From: Macrostomum lignano
Taxonomy: Eukaryota
Assembly (NCBI GenBank): GCA_002269645.1
Contig: NIVC01001670.1
Coordinates: forward strand, 62,001-126,000
Direction of reading: 5' to 3'
DNA: 64,000 bases
The position numbers and the translations under genes were made by a program. Shown piece by piece: positions 37,806 through 49,969 of this stretch (positions are counted from its first letter, which is position 1; each line of letters begins with the position of its first letter). The notes under the pieces were generated by a model. It had not been told where the DNA came from. It made no database searches and worked only from the letters and a program-made list of their open reading frames with translations.

Positions 37806-39677
37806 AGCAGAAATACGCGGCTCGTTTAGTTATTAAGAAGAGAAATGAAGATAATAAAATAATTTATGATTATTATACATCCCACTGTACTTGCACTCTA
37901 CGCCAAGTAAGATATCCAAACACAATGTAAACACAGAAAGCCTTATTACCTTAATTTAAGGAGTCGATAAAACATTCCTACCAATAACAAAATCATTTTG
38001 AAAAAGCAATACAGAAATAATAGTTGCAAAAAATTATTCGCGTACGAGAATATTCCATACGCGATATACGCGTGTAGCATATCAAATTAATCAAGATTCG
38101 ATACAATACCACGTTTCTAACTGGATTTTAAGCTTAACTTTTAAATTTTTTATCTGTAAAAGCGACACTAACTCGATTGACAGTTTTTTGTAAGAGACAT
38201 AAAAGAATCTTGGACTTTTTACATCATGTCGAAAAATATTAACGATAGCTAGTATTTAATTGAAACAAATCTAAGTGGTGACGCCTGAAATTACGAGGAT
38301 TTTTACTTTTTCATACACTTGCGATCAATGAGGCGGCAAGTGTTTTACAAAATATCAAAATCATAACACTAATTAATACGACGGTATCGTATCGTACGGT
38401 AAGATGCTATCACACAACAGAAGCCGCCCTTTCTTGAAAAATAAAATAGTAGATCAATAGGGCTTTTCACATTACCAATTCCAGAACCAGAATCGATTCG
38501 GATCTTCCAAGAAAAAAAGCAGTATAACTATTTACCCTTGCTAAATGTTGACTGCCTTACAGCTTCACTTTGCATAATTTTTCAATTTCTTCTTGGCTAT
38601 TGCCATTCAATAATCACAACTTTAAAGCACTTATATCCCTCTAGTTTAGGAGACAAAAGTTATACTCTACAAATTGGATCTGGTTCTAGAACCAGAACAA
38701 GCAATATGAAAAGGCCTATTTAGTAACATGTTACCGGATAAAATTACCTTTTAAATTTATAACAAAACATGTCTGTGTTCCTTGTAAATTTAAAAAATAA
38801 GTGGCACAGTTTAATGTCAGTTTTTTGCTTTTACTAAAGTGAATCAGAATCTTATCTTAAGTACATTTATTTTTTAGTGTTTAAGCGTCAGTAAATAATT
38901 TTGAGTTGTTCGCATACCTACAAATAAATATTGTGTTTAGGTTGTCAGTCGTACAATACAAGTATAAAAACGTTAATTTATTCGAATAAGGTTTTTTATG
39001 TATATTTTTGTTGGATACAACGTGTGCCGTCAAAATTCATTTCTTAGTCCGACTATTTTTGTTTCTTATTAAGCTTACAAACTATAGAAAACAATAAGTT
39101 GATGATTTTTTAGAACAATTCCAAGCAAAATGGTTGAAACATAAGACTTCTTACGAATTATCTATTTCAAGCGACTAAGAAGTCTTTGTGGTTTTAGAAA
39201 AACGCAACTGTGTTAATTTGTTGCATTATATCTTTCTTGCCGTCTTTAGTTTTGTGTTGACTCTTGATATTCCAGTATAAGTTTTCATCATTATCAAGAA
39301 ATAATATCCAGTTTTTGTAGAAAATGGGATGCTTTTAAAAAGAATTTATATAGAATTTCTAAATAAGGTACACTTTCTTCGATCCTCATCTTTGCTATTC
39401 TTCTATTATTGCTATGCTTCCATAATCAGTTATTATCATTTATACCAACTTCTGTTGGTATCAATATTTAAAAAAAATTTTATTTATAAGCTTCAAGCAT
39501 TCGATTAAGGTTTTATTTTCTTTGAATAGCTTTAATACAAAATGGCAAAAGTTGATTAAATTTAGTTTTTTTTAATTTCTTGCATTTAATGAGTGCAAGG
39601 TACATTTCTAACAATTGGTAGGCTAAATAGGTGTACAAGGCCAAGATGCAATATTATCTGCATATCTGCGGCGTATT

Positions 39678-39780
39678 TAGAAAATTAAGGTTGACACTAA
39701 CATACAAGTAATTTTTTTATAGCCAACGCGTTTAAAGAAAAAAAACTTACTTGTATGTTGGTGTTGACCTTCATTTTCTA
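39678..39780. mobile_element. Hairpin/MITE-like relic upstream of LEKR1
   Basis: TAGAAAATTAAGGTTGACACTAACATACAAGTAA is inverted, imperfectly, at TTACTTGTATGTTGGTGTTGACCTTCATTTTCTA. Confidence 0.55.
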
Positions 39781-40207
39781 TTACTTATTAAACGAGCATT
39801 GCTACCAATATATATTTAATATTAAAACAGAAGGTGAAGTTATAACCAAAATACTTGTCAAATAAAAAATAAAGCAAAATAGGATATATATAAACCCTGA
39901 ACTTCTGCTATTAAGAAGATGGGAACCATCGTTCCTATCCTAATTATGAAATTTTTGATAATATATTTCAATTATCGTGCAAAGTATGGTTAAACACATC
40001 TAATAGCTGATTATTAAAATTACAATTTACTTTTATAACTTTGATGATCAGCAACATGATATATATTTCATTCAGTATTTATTAACAACGATTTTTAGCC
40101 AAAAGATTTATTGAAAAATATGCTGGCAGTTAACATTTTGGCTTCTATTCGTGAAAGCTCTTTGAGTCCAGTGAGTTTTCATATCCTCTCTCCTCTCCGC
40201 CCAGCCG

Positions 40208-43200
40208 ATGTCGCAGGAAGCGTCGCCGTCCTCGCCGCTGGCCTACCGGCCGCAGCACCCGCTGCCGGAGGAGCTGCGCGAGATGCCGCGGGACGACACC
40301 GTTTGCAAATTCTGCGGCGTCTCCTACCTGATCCACTCGGAGATGAAGGCGCTGGAGGCGCGCATGCAGCAGGCGCTGGCAGAGCTGGAGCATTACCGCG
40401 GCGCCGTGGAGCGCGAGAAGCGGCTCGCAGAAAGGCTGGCCGCCGTGGAAGCCGAGCTAGCGGCCGAGCGCGAACGCCGGGAGGCTCTGGCAGCGGAGGC
40501 GGCTGCCGCAGCTGATGAGGTGGCGCGCTCGGAGGCGGCCCGGCGCGAAGCTGAGGCCGCTCGTAGCGCCGATCTGGCCAAATCGGCGGCTGGCGCCAAC
40601 GAGGCGGCGCGTCTGCTGCGCGCCGAGCTGGCTGCACTGCGCGCGTTGGCGCAGGCGGCGCGAGATTCAACGCTTGCCGCCTGCCAGGAGGTGTCGAACA
40701 AAGTGGCCGGGTCACGTGAGTCTTCGTTGTGTCTTTTTAAATGCTAAGTTAAATCAGAGTGACGAAAGTCGAAGCTAAGGGAGGCTCCGGACACTGGAAG
40801 GTCAGCTGAGTGCTCCGTCGCGAATCGGGAAAATTCCTCTGGAGTTCGGGCTCAAGCAGTCAATCAGTCTCGCTCTGATAAATTGTTGCATAAAGGATGG
40901 CTTTAATTCCCTTTGTTTTCCCAACTATCCTACTATTAGTAGAAATATAAGAAAACTGAATCATTATTTTATTCATTAATCGCATAAATAAAGCTACGAC
41001 AGTGTTAGTGATTTGAAGATTAAATATTTCATTCAAGCACTAAACTGCTTCCAGTGGCTGACATGGACCGAGGCCAGCAGGCTCGAGTTGCTGAGCTCTC
41101 CAGTCAGCTGGAGGCGGCGCGCGGCCAGGCGAGCGTCGACCGGGAGGCGGCCGCGGCGGAAGTGGCCGCGAAGGCGCAGGAGCTGCAGCGGCTGACCGAG
41201 CAGCTGGACGATGCCAGGGAGAAACAGCGGCTGGCCGAGGCCGGGGCGGAGGCGCTCGAGACAGAAAATACGTGAGCAGCTTGGGCGGGGATTTGGGGCT
41301 CGCTCTGTAGTGAAATCCCCCTTCATCTGTAGATCTGTCTTTTACGTCTGTCCGAAACTTATTTCCTTATTTGTCTGTAGATCATTGTCCCCATTAGTCT
41401 GTAGATCATTGTCCCCATTAGTCTGTAGATCATTGTCCCCATTAGTCTGTAGATCATTGTCCCCATTAGTCTGTAGATCATTGTCCCCATTAGTCTGTAG
41501 ATCATTGTCCTCATTTGTCTGTAGATCATTGTCCCCATTAGTCTGTAGATCATTGTCCCCATTAGTCTGTAGATCATTGTCCTCATTTGTCTGTTGATCA
41601 TTGTCCCCATTAGTCTGTAGATCGTTGTCCTCATTTTTCTGTAGATCATTGTCCTCATTTGTCTGTTGATCATTGTCCCCATTAGTCTGTAGATCGTTGT
41701 CCTCATTTGTCTGTAGATCATTGTCCCCATTAGTCTGTAGATCATTGTCCTCATTTGTCTGTAGATCATTGTCCTCATTTGTCTGTAGATCATTGTCCTC
41801 ATTTGTCTGTAGACCATTTGCTTTATTTGTCCCTAGATGAATGTGTTCTCTATCTGTCTGTTTTCTTCTGTAGGTCTCCGTCGGTCGTGGGTCAATCCAA
41901 GTCTATAGATGCAGATCCTCTGTCTGTTTTTATCTGTTTTTCTCGAATCTGTAGATCAATTTTTCGGTACATCAATATCACTCTATAGATTTGCGACCCC
42001 TGTCTGTAGACCAAAATCCAGATAATCATCTTTCTTAGTGAACATTAATCATTAACTGCATGTTATCCCAGCTTAAACAGCAAAGATCTGCTTCTATTTG
42101 TGCATTTAAGCAGCAAATTCAACACCTGTTAGACAAACTGCGTGCTAACAACGGTAACTCACCAATAAAAGCCAGGTGGGCACCTTTATGTCACAGAGTT
42201 CGTTAGGAAAATTGCAAAATTTCACTCGAGTGCAATTTTTCACGTAATCCTTTAGGCCAGATTTTGTTTCCGATATTTTCAAATCATTTTCGCTTGCTTG
42301 CAGTGCAGATTAACAAATTGAACTGTAGTAAAACAAATTATATTAAAACGGCGAAAACCCGGAAAGTTTATTCCGATCCATCACCCAGGCGACTCCAGTC
42401 GGAGCTGTCGGACGTGCGCAGCAAAGCCAGCGGCCTGCAGAAGTCGGCGAGCGAGGCTGCCTCGGTGCAGGCGGAGCTCCGAGATCGTCTGCAGGAGCGA
42501 CAGTCGGCGGTTGAGTCGCTGCAGGCGCGGCTTGACGAGGCGCTGGCCAGGCAGCGGCAGGCGGAGTCCAGCAGCTCGCACAGCCTGGGTTGGTTGCCGG
42601 CCTTTGGCGCGAATTCAAATTCGAAATTTTTTCATCAGTGCCTTAACTCTACAGCCCAGATTCCCCAGCCCCCGATTCCCCAGCCCCCGATTCCCCAGCC
42701 CCCGATTCTCCAGCCCACGATTCTCCAGCCTCCGATTCCTCTGATTCCCTAGCCCCTGATTCCCCTGATTCCCCAGCCCCTGATTCCCCAGCCCCCGATT
42801 CCCCAGCCCCTGATTCCCCAGCCCCCGATTCCCCAGCCCCGATTCCCCAGCCCCGATTCTCCAGCCCCCGATTCCCCAGCCCCCGATTCTCCAGCCCCCG
42901 ATTCCCCAGCCCCTGATTTCCAAGCCACCGATTCCCCGATTCCCCAGCCCCCGATTCCCCTGCTTCCCCAGCCCCTGATTCTCCGAATTCCCCAGCCGGT
43001 CAAAAATTGACACGAAGGTGTTCCAAAATTTCAGACAAGCTGCGCCAAAGGTCGGAGGCAGCCGAGGCCAAGGTGGAGCAGCTGAGCGCTGAGAGGGAGA
43101 TGATGATCAAGGCTCATCAGGCCAGGATTGAGCAGCTGAAGGACAGTTACAAGAATCGCCTGATTGAGGCCGATGGATGGCCAGCCAAGGTAAGATGTGA

Positions 43201-45159
43201 ATGCTTGTCTAAGGGCGATGGACAGTGGGGTCTCTATGGGCGGTGGACATTCGGGTGTCTATAGGCGGTGGACAGTGGGATCACTGGGGGTGTCTATAGG
43301 CGGTGGACAGTGGGATCACTGGGGGTGTCTATGGGCGGTGGACATTCGGGTGTCTATCGGCGGTGGGTGGACAGTGGGATCACTGGGGGTGTCTGTGGGC
43401 GGTGGACATTCGGGTGTCTATAGGCGGTGGACAGCGGGATCACTGGGGGTGTCTATAGGCGGTGGACAGTGGGATCACTGGGGGTGTCTATGGGCGGTGG
43501 ACATTCGGGTGTCTATCGGCGGTGGGTGGACAGTGGGATCACTGGGGGTGTCTGTGGGCGGTGGACATTCGGGTGTCTATCGACGGTGGGTGGACAGTGG
43601 GATCACTGGGGGTGTCTATGGGCGGTGGACATTCGGGTGTCTATAGGCGGTGGACAGTGGGATCACTGGGGGTGTCTATAGGCGGTGGACAGTGGGATCA
43701 CTGGGGGTGTCTATGGGCGGTGGACATTCGGGTGTCTATCGGCGGTGGGTGGACAGTGGGATCACTGGGGGTGTCTGTGGGCGGTGGACATTCGGGTGTC
43801 TATCGACGGTGGGTGGACAGTGGGATCACTGGGGGTGTCTGTGGGCGGTGGACATTCGGGTGTCTATCGACGGTGGGTGGACAGTGGGATCACTGGTGGT
43901 GTCTATGGGCGGTGGACATTCGGGTGTCTATAGGCGGTGGACAGTGGGATCACTGGGGGTGTCTATAGGCGGTGGACAGTGGGATCACTGGGGGTGTCTG
44001 TGGGCGGTGGACATTCGGGTGTCTATCGACGGTGGGTGGACAGTGGGATCACTGGGGGTGTCTATGGGCTATGGACATTCGGGTGTCTATAGGCGGTGGA
44101 CAGTGAAGTCTCTATGGGCGATGGACATTCGGATGTCTTAGGTGGTGGACATTCAGGTGTCTATGGGCAGTGGACAGTGGGGTGTCTATGGGCGGTGGAC
44201 ATTCGGGTGTCTATAGGCGGTGGACAATAGGGTTTTCCATGGCAATGGTCTGTTAAAAGTTGGTGCCTCGCTTTAAAGTTTCATAAAAATTCCATCCTGC
44301 ACTTCAGCTGGAGCAGCAGTTGTCGGAGGAGCGGCAGCGCTCGGAGGCGGCCCAACGCGAGCTGCGCGACCGCCTGGAGGCGGACTGGTGCGCGGAGCGG
44401 GCGATTCAAAAGGAGAAAAACGACGAGCTGCTGCGCCGGGCCCGCCAGGAGGCGGAGGCGGAAGCCGATCGCCTGCGGCGCGGCGTCGAGGCCGCCGAAC
44501 AGCGAGCCAGCGAGGCGGAGCGGCGCGTCCGGGCAGCCGAGGCGGCGGCCGAAGCGGCTGGCACAGCGGCCGAACGACGCGCTAGCGAGGCGGCTCGGGC
44601 GGCGGAGGCGGCCCGCTCAGCAGAGGCGGCCAGAGCAGCGGCGGCCGAGCGGCAGAGGCTGGAGGCGGCGCTGTCACAGGCGCAGGAGGAGGTCCGCATG
44701 CTGCAGGAGACGGTGCGGCGCGAATGCGAGGAACGATTCGAACTGACGGAAGCGCTCGGCCAGGCGCGCCAGCAGCTGCTCAGCCTGCGGCTGCAGCCGG
44801 GCCTGGCAGAGGCGGCGGAGCTGCGCCAACAGCCGCCAAAGCCGCCGGCAAAGCTTCCGCCGGCGGAGCATCAGCAGCAGCAGCAGCAGCATCAGCCGCC
44901 GCAGCAGCAGCAACCGCCAAAGCAGCCGCGCCAGAACGCTTGGTCAACCTCTTCCAGGCACCAGACTCCTTCCTCGTCCTCAACAGTGTCGGCTGCATCA
45001 TCGTCACGCCGAAGGGACAGCATTGGCGGCGGCGGCGGCGCGACGCAGGACATCCGATTCAGCGTGACGCAGGCGCGCCAAGACAAGAACGAAGTGCTGG
45101 CCACGAAGCGCCGGTTAGCGGCCATCATGGCTGCCAACAGGGAGGCCGGCAGGCACTGA
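40208..45159 (+). CDS. LEKR1: LEKR1-like coiled-coil protein, 643 aa
   Basis: Exons 40208-40715, 41055-41271, 42389-42588, 43035-43189, 44308-45159 join in frame. N-terminal [21 protein letters not shown] and C-terminal [19 protein letters not shown] match my recollection of LEKR1 motifs. Confidence 0.85.
41365..41820. repeat. 24-bp minisatellite TCTGTAGATCATTGTCCCCATTAG (LEKR1 intron 2)
   Basis: Direct reading. Confidence 0.95.
42652..42995. repeat. 15-bp minisatellite CCCCAGCCCCCGATT (LEKR1 intron 3)
   Basis: Direct reading. Confidence 0.93.
43215..44230. repeat. Compound G-rich minisatellite (GTGGACAGTGGGATCACTGGGGGTGTCTAT / GTGGACATTCGGGTGTCTAT; LEKR1 intron 4)
   Basis: Two alternating subunits. 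Confidence 0.93.
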
Positions 45160-45697
45160 GGCGCCCAACCAGACCTTGCTGAACTCGTGCTGATGGCATT
45201 TTCTGCTCCTGTTTATTTGTTTTTTCTATACCTGCTGTGTTGAGCTGCGGGCTCAGGCCCGATCAGCTTTGAATTTGCTGATCGATTGCACTACTTGAAA
45301 TATATGACACTAAAGTAGTATAATGAAACATTCCAATTATTATTAACCTAATACCTTTTTTAAAAAGAAACTTCATATTGCTGCTTTCGAGTTCCTTTGA
45401 TTTTTTATGGAGCCGACATGGCAGCCCTCCTTGTATCCAGCAAAGGAGTTTCCCTACAGCAATGGGTTTGGATTGTCTTTAGTGCGATGTTCCCAGCAGC
45501 AGTAGGATAATTGGGGAAGAACACAGAACTCATCAGTGGCAGGTAACTCGACCCTCCGCAGGAGTCGCTTGGAATTTTGCTCGGCCAGGTGTCAAATTCT
45601 CATGCGCAGCTCAAGCAGTCCCTAATGAGCTCGGGCACTTGGTATTAAAGCAAGCGTTGGGAGTCGGCCGGGGCTGAGCAGCCAAGCACGCAGCGCG

Positions 45698-48648
45698 ATG
45701 GGCCAGAGCCAGTCGCACAACCGGCAAAGTCGGACGCCGATTCCTTCGGTGCAACGGCGCCGGTCGCAGCCGGCCGGGCAGCCACCGCCGCAGTCTGTCG
45801 AAGACGAGGACGAGAGTTCGAGCCCGGGACCGATCGAGAGCCGCCTGGACGAGGCGGAGACGCGGCGCTGGGAGGCGGCCTTCGGCGGCCTCTGCCTGGC
45901 CGGCCACCTCCGCCGGGCGGAGTTCCGCCGCCTGTGCGCCGCCGTCTTTCCCGACGGGCCGCTGGCTGACGCGGATTTCGCCGACCGGGTCTTCGACGGC
46001 TTCGACGAGTCCGGCCGGGGCGCTGTCCGGTTTCGCGAGTTCCTGGCCGGCCTGAGCGTCGCCGCCAACTGCGGCCCGGAGGAGCGGCTGCGCTGGGCGC
46101 TGGCCGTCTACGGCGGTGGCGGCCGACGGCTCAGCCGGGGCGAGGTGGCCGACATCTTCCGCGCTCTGGGCGGGGTGCGGAGCGGCGGTGGCGACGGCGG
46201 CGGTGGCGGCGGCATCGGCGAGCCCTCCGTCAAGGTGCGGCTCCGGTTGCGTTGGAAGCTTTTTGTTCGAAACTTTCAAGCTGAAGAGTTTCGGGCTTGT
46301 GAAGCTTCGAGCTTGGGAAGCTCCGAGCTTGTGTAGCTTCGAGCTTGGGAAGCTTCGAGTTTGTGAAGCTTCGAGCTTGAGAAGCTTCGAGCTTGGGAAG
46401 CTTCGAGCTTGTGAAGCTTTGAGCTTGGGAAGCTTCGAGCTTGTGAAGCTTCGAGTTTGTGAAGCTTCGAGTTTGTGAAGCTTCGAGTTTGTGAAGCTTC
46501 GAGCTTGGGAAGCTCCGAGCTTGTGTAGCTTCGAGCTTGGGAAGCTTCGAGTTTGTGAAGCTTCGAGCTTGTGAAGCTTCGAGCTTGGGAAGCTTCGAGC
46601 TTGTGAAGCTTTGAGCTTGGGAAGCTTCGAGCTTGTGAAGCTTCGAGTTTGTGAAGCTTCGAGTTTGTGAAGCTTCGAGTTTGCGAAGCTTCGAGCTTGT
46701 GAAGCTTCGAGCTTGTGAAGCTTCGAGCTTGTGAAGCTTCGAGCTTGTGAAGCTTCGAGCTTGTGAAGCTTCGAGCTTGGGAAGCTCCGAGCTTGTGTAG
46801 CTTCGAGCTTGGGAAGCTTCGAGTTTGTGAAGCTTCGAGCTTGAGAAGCTTCGAGCTTGGGAAGCTTCGAGCTTGTGAAGCTTTGAGCTTGGGAAGCTTC
46901 GAGCTTGTGAAGCTTCGAGTTTGTGAAGCTTCGAGTTTGTGAAGCTTCGAGTTTGTGAAGCTTCGAGTTTGTGAAGCTTCGAGTTTGTGAAGCTTCGAGC
47001 TTGTGAAGCTTTGAGCTTGGGAAGCTTCGAGCTTGGGAAGCTTCGAGCTTGTGAAGCTTCGAGTTTGTGAAGCTTCGAGTTTGTGAAGCTTCGAGCTTGT
47101 GAAGCTTCGAGTTTGGGAAGCTTCGAGTTTGTGAAGCTTCGAGTTTGTGAAGCTTCGAGCTTGTGAAGCTTCGAGCTTGTGAAGCTTCGAGCTTGTGAAG
47201 CTTCGAGCTTGGGAAGCTTCGAGCTTGTAAAGCTTCGAGCTTGTGAAGCTTCGAGCTTGTGAAGCTTCGAGTTTGTGAAGCTTCGAGTTTGTGAAGCTTC
47301 GAGTTTGTGAAGCTTCGAGTTTGTGAAGCTTCGAGTTTGTGAAGCTTCGAGTTTGTGAAGCTTCGAGTTTGTGAAGCTTCGAGTTTGTGAAGCTTCGAGC
47401 TTGTGAAGCTTCGAGCTTGAGAAGCTTCGAGCTTGTGCAGCTTCGAGCTTGGGAAGCTTCGAGCTTGTAAAGCTTCGAGCTTTTGAAGCTTCGAGCTTGT
47501 GAAGCTTCGAGTTTGTGAAGCTTCGAGTTTGTGAAGCTTCGAGTTTGTGAAGCTTCGAGCTTGTGAAGCTTTGAGCTTGGGAAGCTTCGAGCTTGTGAAG
47601 CTTCGAGCTTGTGAAGCTTCGAGCTTGTGTAGCTTCGAGCTTGTGAAGCTTCGAGCTTGTGAAGCTTCGAGCTTGTGAAGCTTCGAGCTTGTGAAGCTTC
47701 GAGCTTGTGAAGCTTCGAGCTTGTGAAGCTTTGAGCTTGGGAAGCTTTGAGCTTGGGAAGCTTCGAGCTTATGAAACTTCGAGCTTGTGAAGCTTCGAGC
47801 TTGGGAAGCTTCGAGCTTGTGAAGCTTCGAGCTTGTGAAGCTTCGAGCTTGTGAAGCTTCGAGCTTGTGAAGCTTCGAGCTTGTGAAGCTTCGAGTTTGT
47901 GAAGCTTCGAGTTTGTGAAGCTTCGAGTTTGTGAAGCTTCGAGCTTGTGAAGCTTCGAGTTTGTGAAGCTTCGAGTTTGTGAAGCTTCGAGTTTGTGAAG
48001 CTTCGAGCTTGTGAAGCTTCGAGCTTGTGAAGCTTTGAGCTTGGGAAGCTTTGAGCTTGGGAAGCTTCGAGCTTATGAAACTTCGAGCTTGTGAAGCTTC
48101 GAGCTTGGGAAGCTTCGAGCTTGTGAAGCTTCGAGCTTGTGAAGCTTCGAGCTTGTGAAGCTTCGAGCTTGTGAAGCTTCGAGCTTGTGAAGCTTCGAGT
48201 TTGTGAAGCTTCGAGTTTGTGAAGCTTCGAGTTTGTGAAGCTTCGAGCTTGTGAAGCTTCGAGTTTGTGAAGCTTCGAGTTTGTGAAGCTTCGAGTTTGT
48301 GAAGCTTCGAGCTTGTGAAGCTTCGAGCTTGTGAAGCTTCGAGCTTCGAGCTTGAGAAGTTTTGCTTGCATGCTTGCTTGTAATCAGGGAGGTGCAGTTT
48401 CGGATCATTGAGTTCAGCAACCTCCAACTCTGCAGAACCCGAAGCAGCGAGCCCGCCAGCTGATGCAGCGTCTGGGCCGCCATAAAGACAGTGACAGAGA
48501 CAGCGGCGGCTTCCAGCAGGAGGACGGCGTCACGGTGGACGAGTTCATCGCCGCAGTCGCCCACGAGCCGGACGTGCGGGCCCGCCTGCTGACTTGGCCG
48601 CTTGGAACCTGCGGAGAGGCTCCAGCGGGCGGCAGCGCACTCGGGTGA
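45698..48648 (+). CDS. Neuronal calcium sensor (recoverin/hippocalcin/NCS-1 family)-like protein with degenerate EF-hands, 249 aa
   Basis: Exons 45698-46234 and 48436-48648. MGQSQS myristoylation consensus; CLAG EF1 motif; FADRVFDGFDESGRGAVRFREFLAGLSV; EERLRWALAVY; GVTVDEFIAAV. Confidence 0.8.
46290..48352. repeat. 16-bp quasi-palindromic minisatellite GAAGCTTCGAGCTTGT (NCS-like intron)
   Basis: About 125 units; source of the 938-aa spurious ORF. Confidence 0.98.
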
Positions 48649-48894
48649 CATCGGCTGAGCAGTGGCTGAATATTATACTTGTATATTATAAGCGGCTTCG
48701 CGATAATTTCTGATGTTATAAAAATACAATATCTTTAACTAAATATGATCTGATTGTTGGCCTTGGATTTCAATACTTTCTGCTTTGACTTCGGTTTATG
48801 TTTAGCAACACCTGTCAGTGCCAACGGGTCAGTCTTTTGGACTTTGTCAGTGCGCCTATGCTTAAGGGGAATCAGTTAGATTAATTGTCAGTGT

Positions 48895-49020
48895 ATTTGT
48901 CAGTTTCAGGTCAGTGTCAGACCAGTGTCAGACTAGGGTCAGATCAGTGTCATGCGAGTGTCAGACCAGTATCAGACCAGTGTCAGACTAGGGTCAGACC
49001 AGTGTCAGATCAGTGTCAGC
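48895..49020. repeat. Short degenerate repeat (CAGTGTCAGAC)
   Basis: Between the convergent NCS-like and KIF26 3' ends. Confidence 0.75.
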
Positions 49021-49666
49021 CCACTCGCGAGTCTCATGAAACGGCCATCACTGCACAAGGCAGTAGAAATTGAATGAAGGAGCCGCAGCAGCAGCGGCAG
49101 TCCGAAGTCGCAGGGTCAGCGTGAACGGAAGTTCTTGGCGGACAAGAAGCTCCGCTGTCTCTCGCTCTCTAAATATCGCAAAATTGTTGTATTTCAATCG
49201 CAGTTCAGCCAAGTGCAGAAGTGGTGAAGCAGAATGGCGAAAGCAGTGGCCGAGAGGCAGCTCATCAATATGTACATCGAAGACGCTGATAAGGTAGCAA
49301 TAAAAATCATTTCTAAGCATAAGCGGACACTGCGATTGGCCAAGCAAAGCGCGAGATATTTTCTTAATATTCTTTCTTTATAAGGAACATAACATTCTTT
49401 GGATACTACTGAGTTGCCAGCGTTTTTTAACAAAGAATAAAATATCACCAGATAAACGGGAAATGGCTTGGTGTGAACAATGGGATTGCAGCAACAGAGA
49501 AGAGTACAGGCACAGGTGAGCTGAGGTGAATGTTAATTTGCGTTATGGGATGATTGGTTTGCCTTTACAAAACACAATTGCAGAATTTGCGTCATTATGA
49601 CAGTTCAACTCAAGCTTATCAAAATCTGTTTGTTGCTTTAGTTTGCCTCAGTTTCAAATCAAAATT

Positions 49667-49672
49667 TTTATT
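49667..49672 (-). terminator. Candidate poly(A) signal of the KIF26-like gene
   Basis: AATAAA on the minus strand about 300 nt past the stop codon. Confidence 0.4.
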
Positions 49673-49969
49673 GTCTAGATCTCTTAACTAGGAAAATTCA
49701 GGCAAACCTTTGTAGCACCTTTCAAAGCAGCGAGGAAAAACCAAAATGAAGCTGATGAACTCGAGGTCACTTGAAATTTTCATATAGTTCAATGGTTGCT
49801 ATGCGGTTGCTATGGCAACCGTTGTGAACTGTGGTGATCCTCATAGCTATGGTTGCTATGCGGTTGCTATGGGTACCATTTTGCATTATAATGGTAGAAA
49901 GTTGTGCCTAAGCTCCCATGAGGGAAAATTATCCCTTAAATCATAAGGATCGCGGCATTATCGGGAACG

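Noticed and set aside
45611-48427. 938-aa minus-strand ORF
   Set aside because: Product of the 16-bp array plus the antisense of the NCS-like exon.
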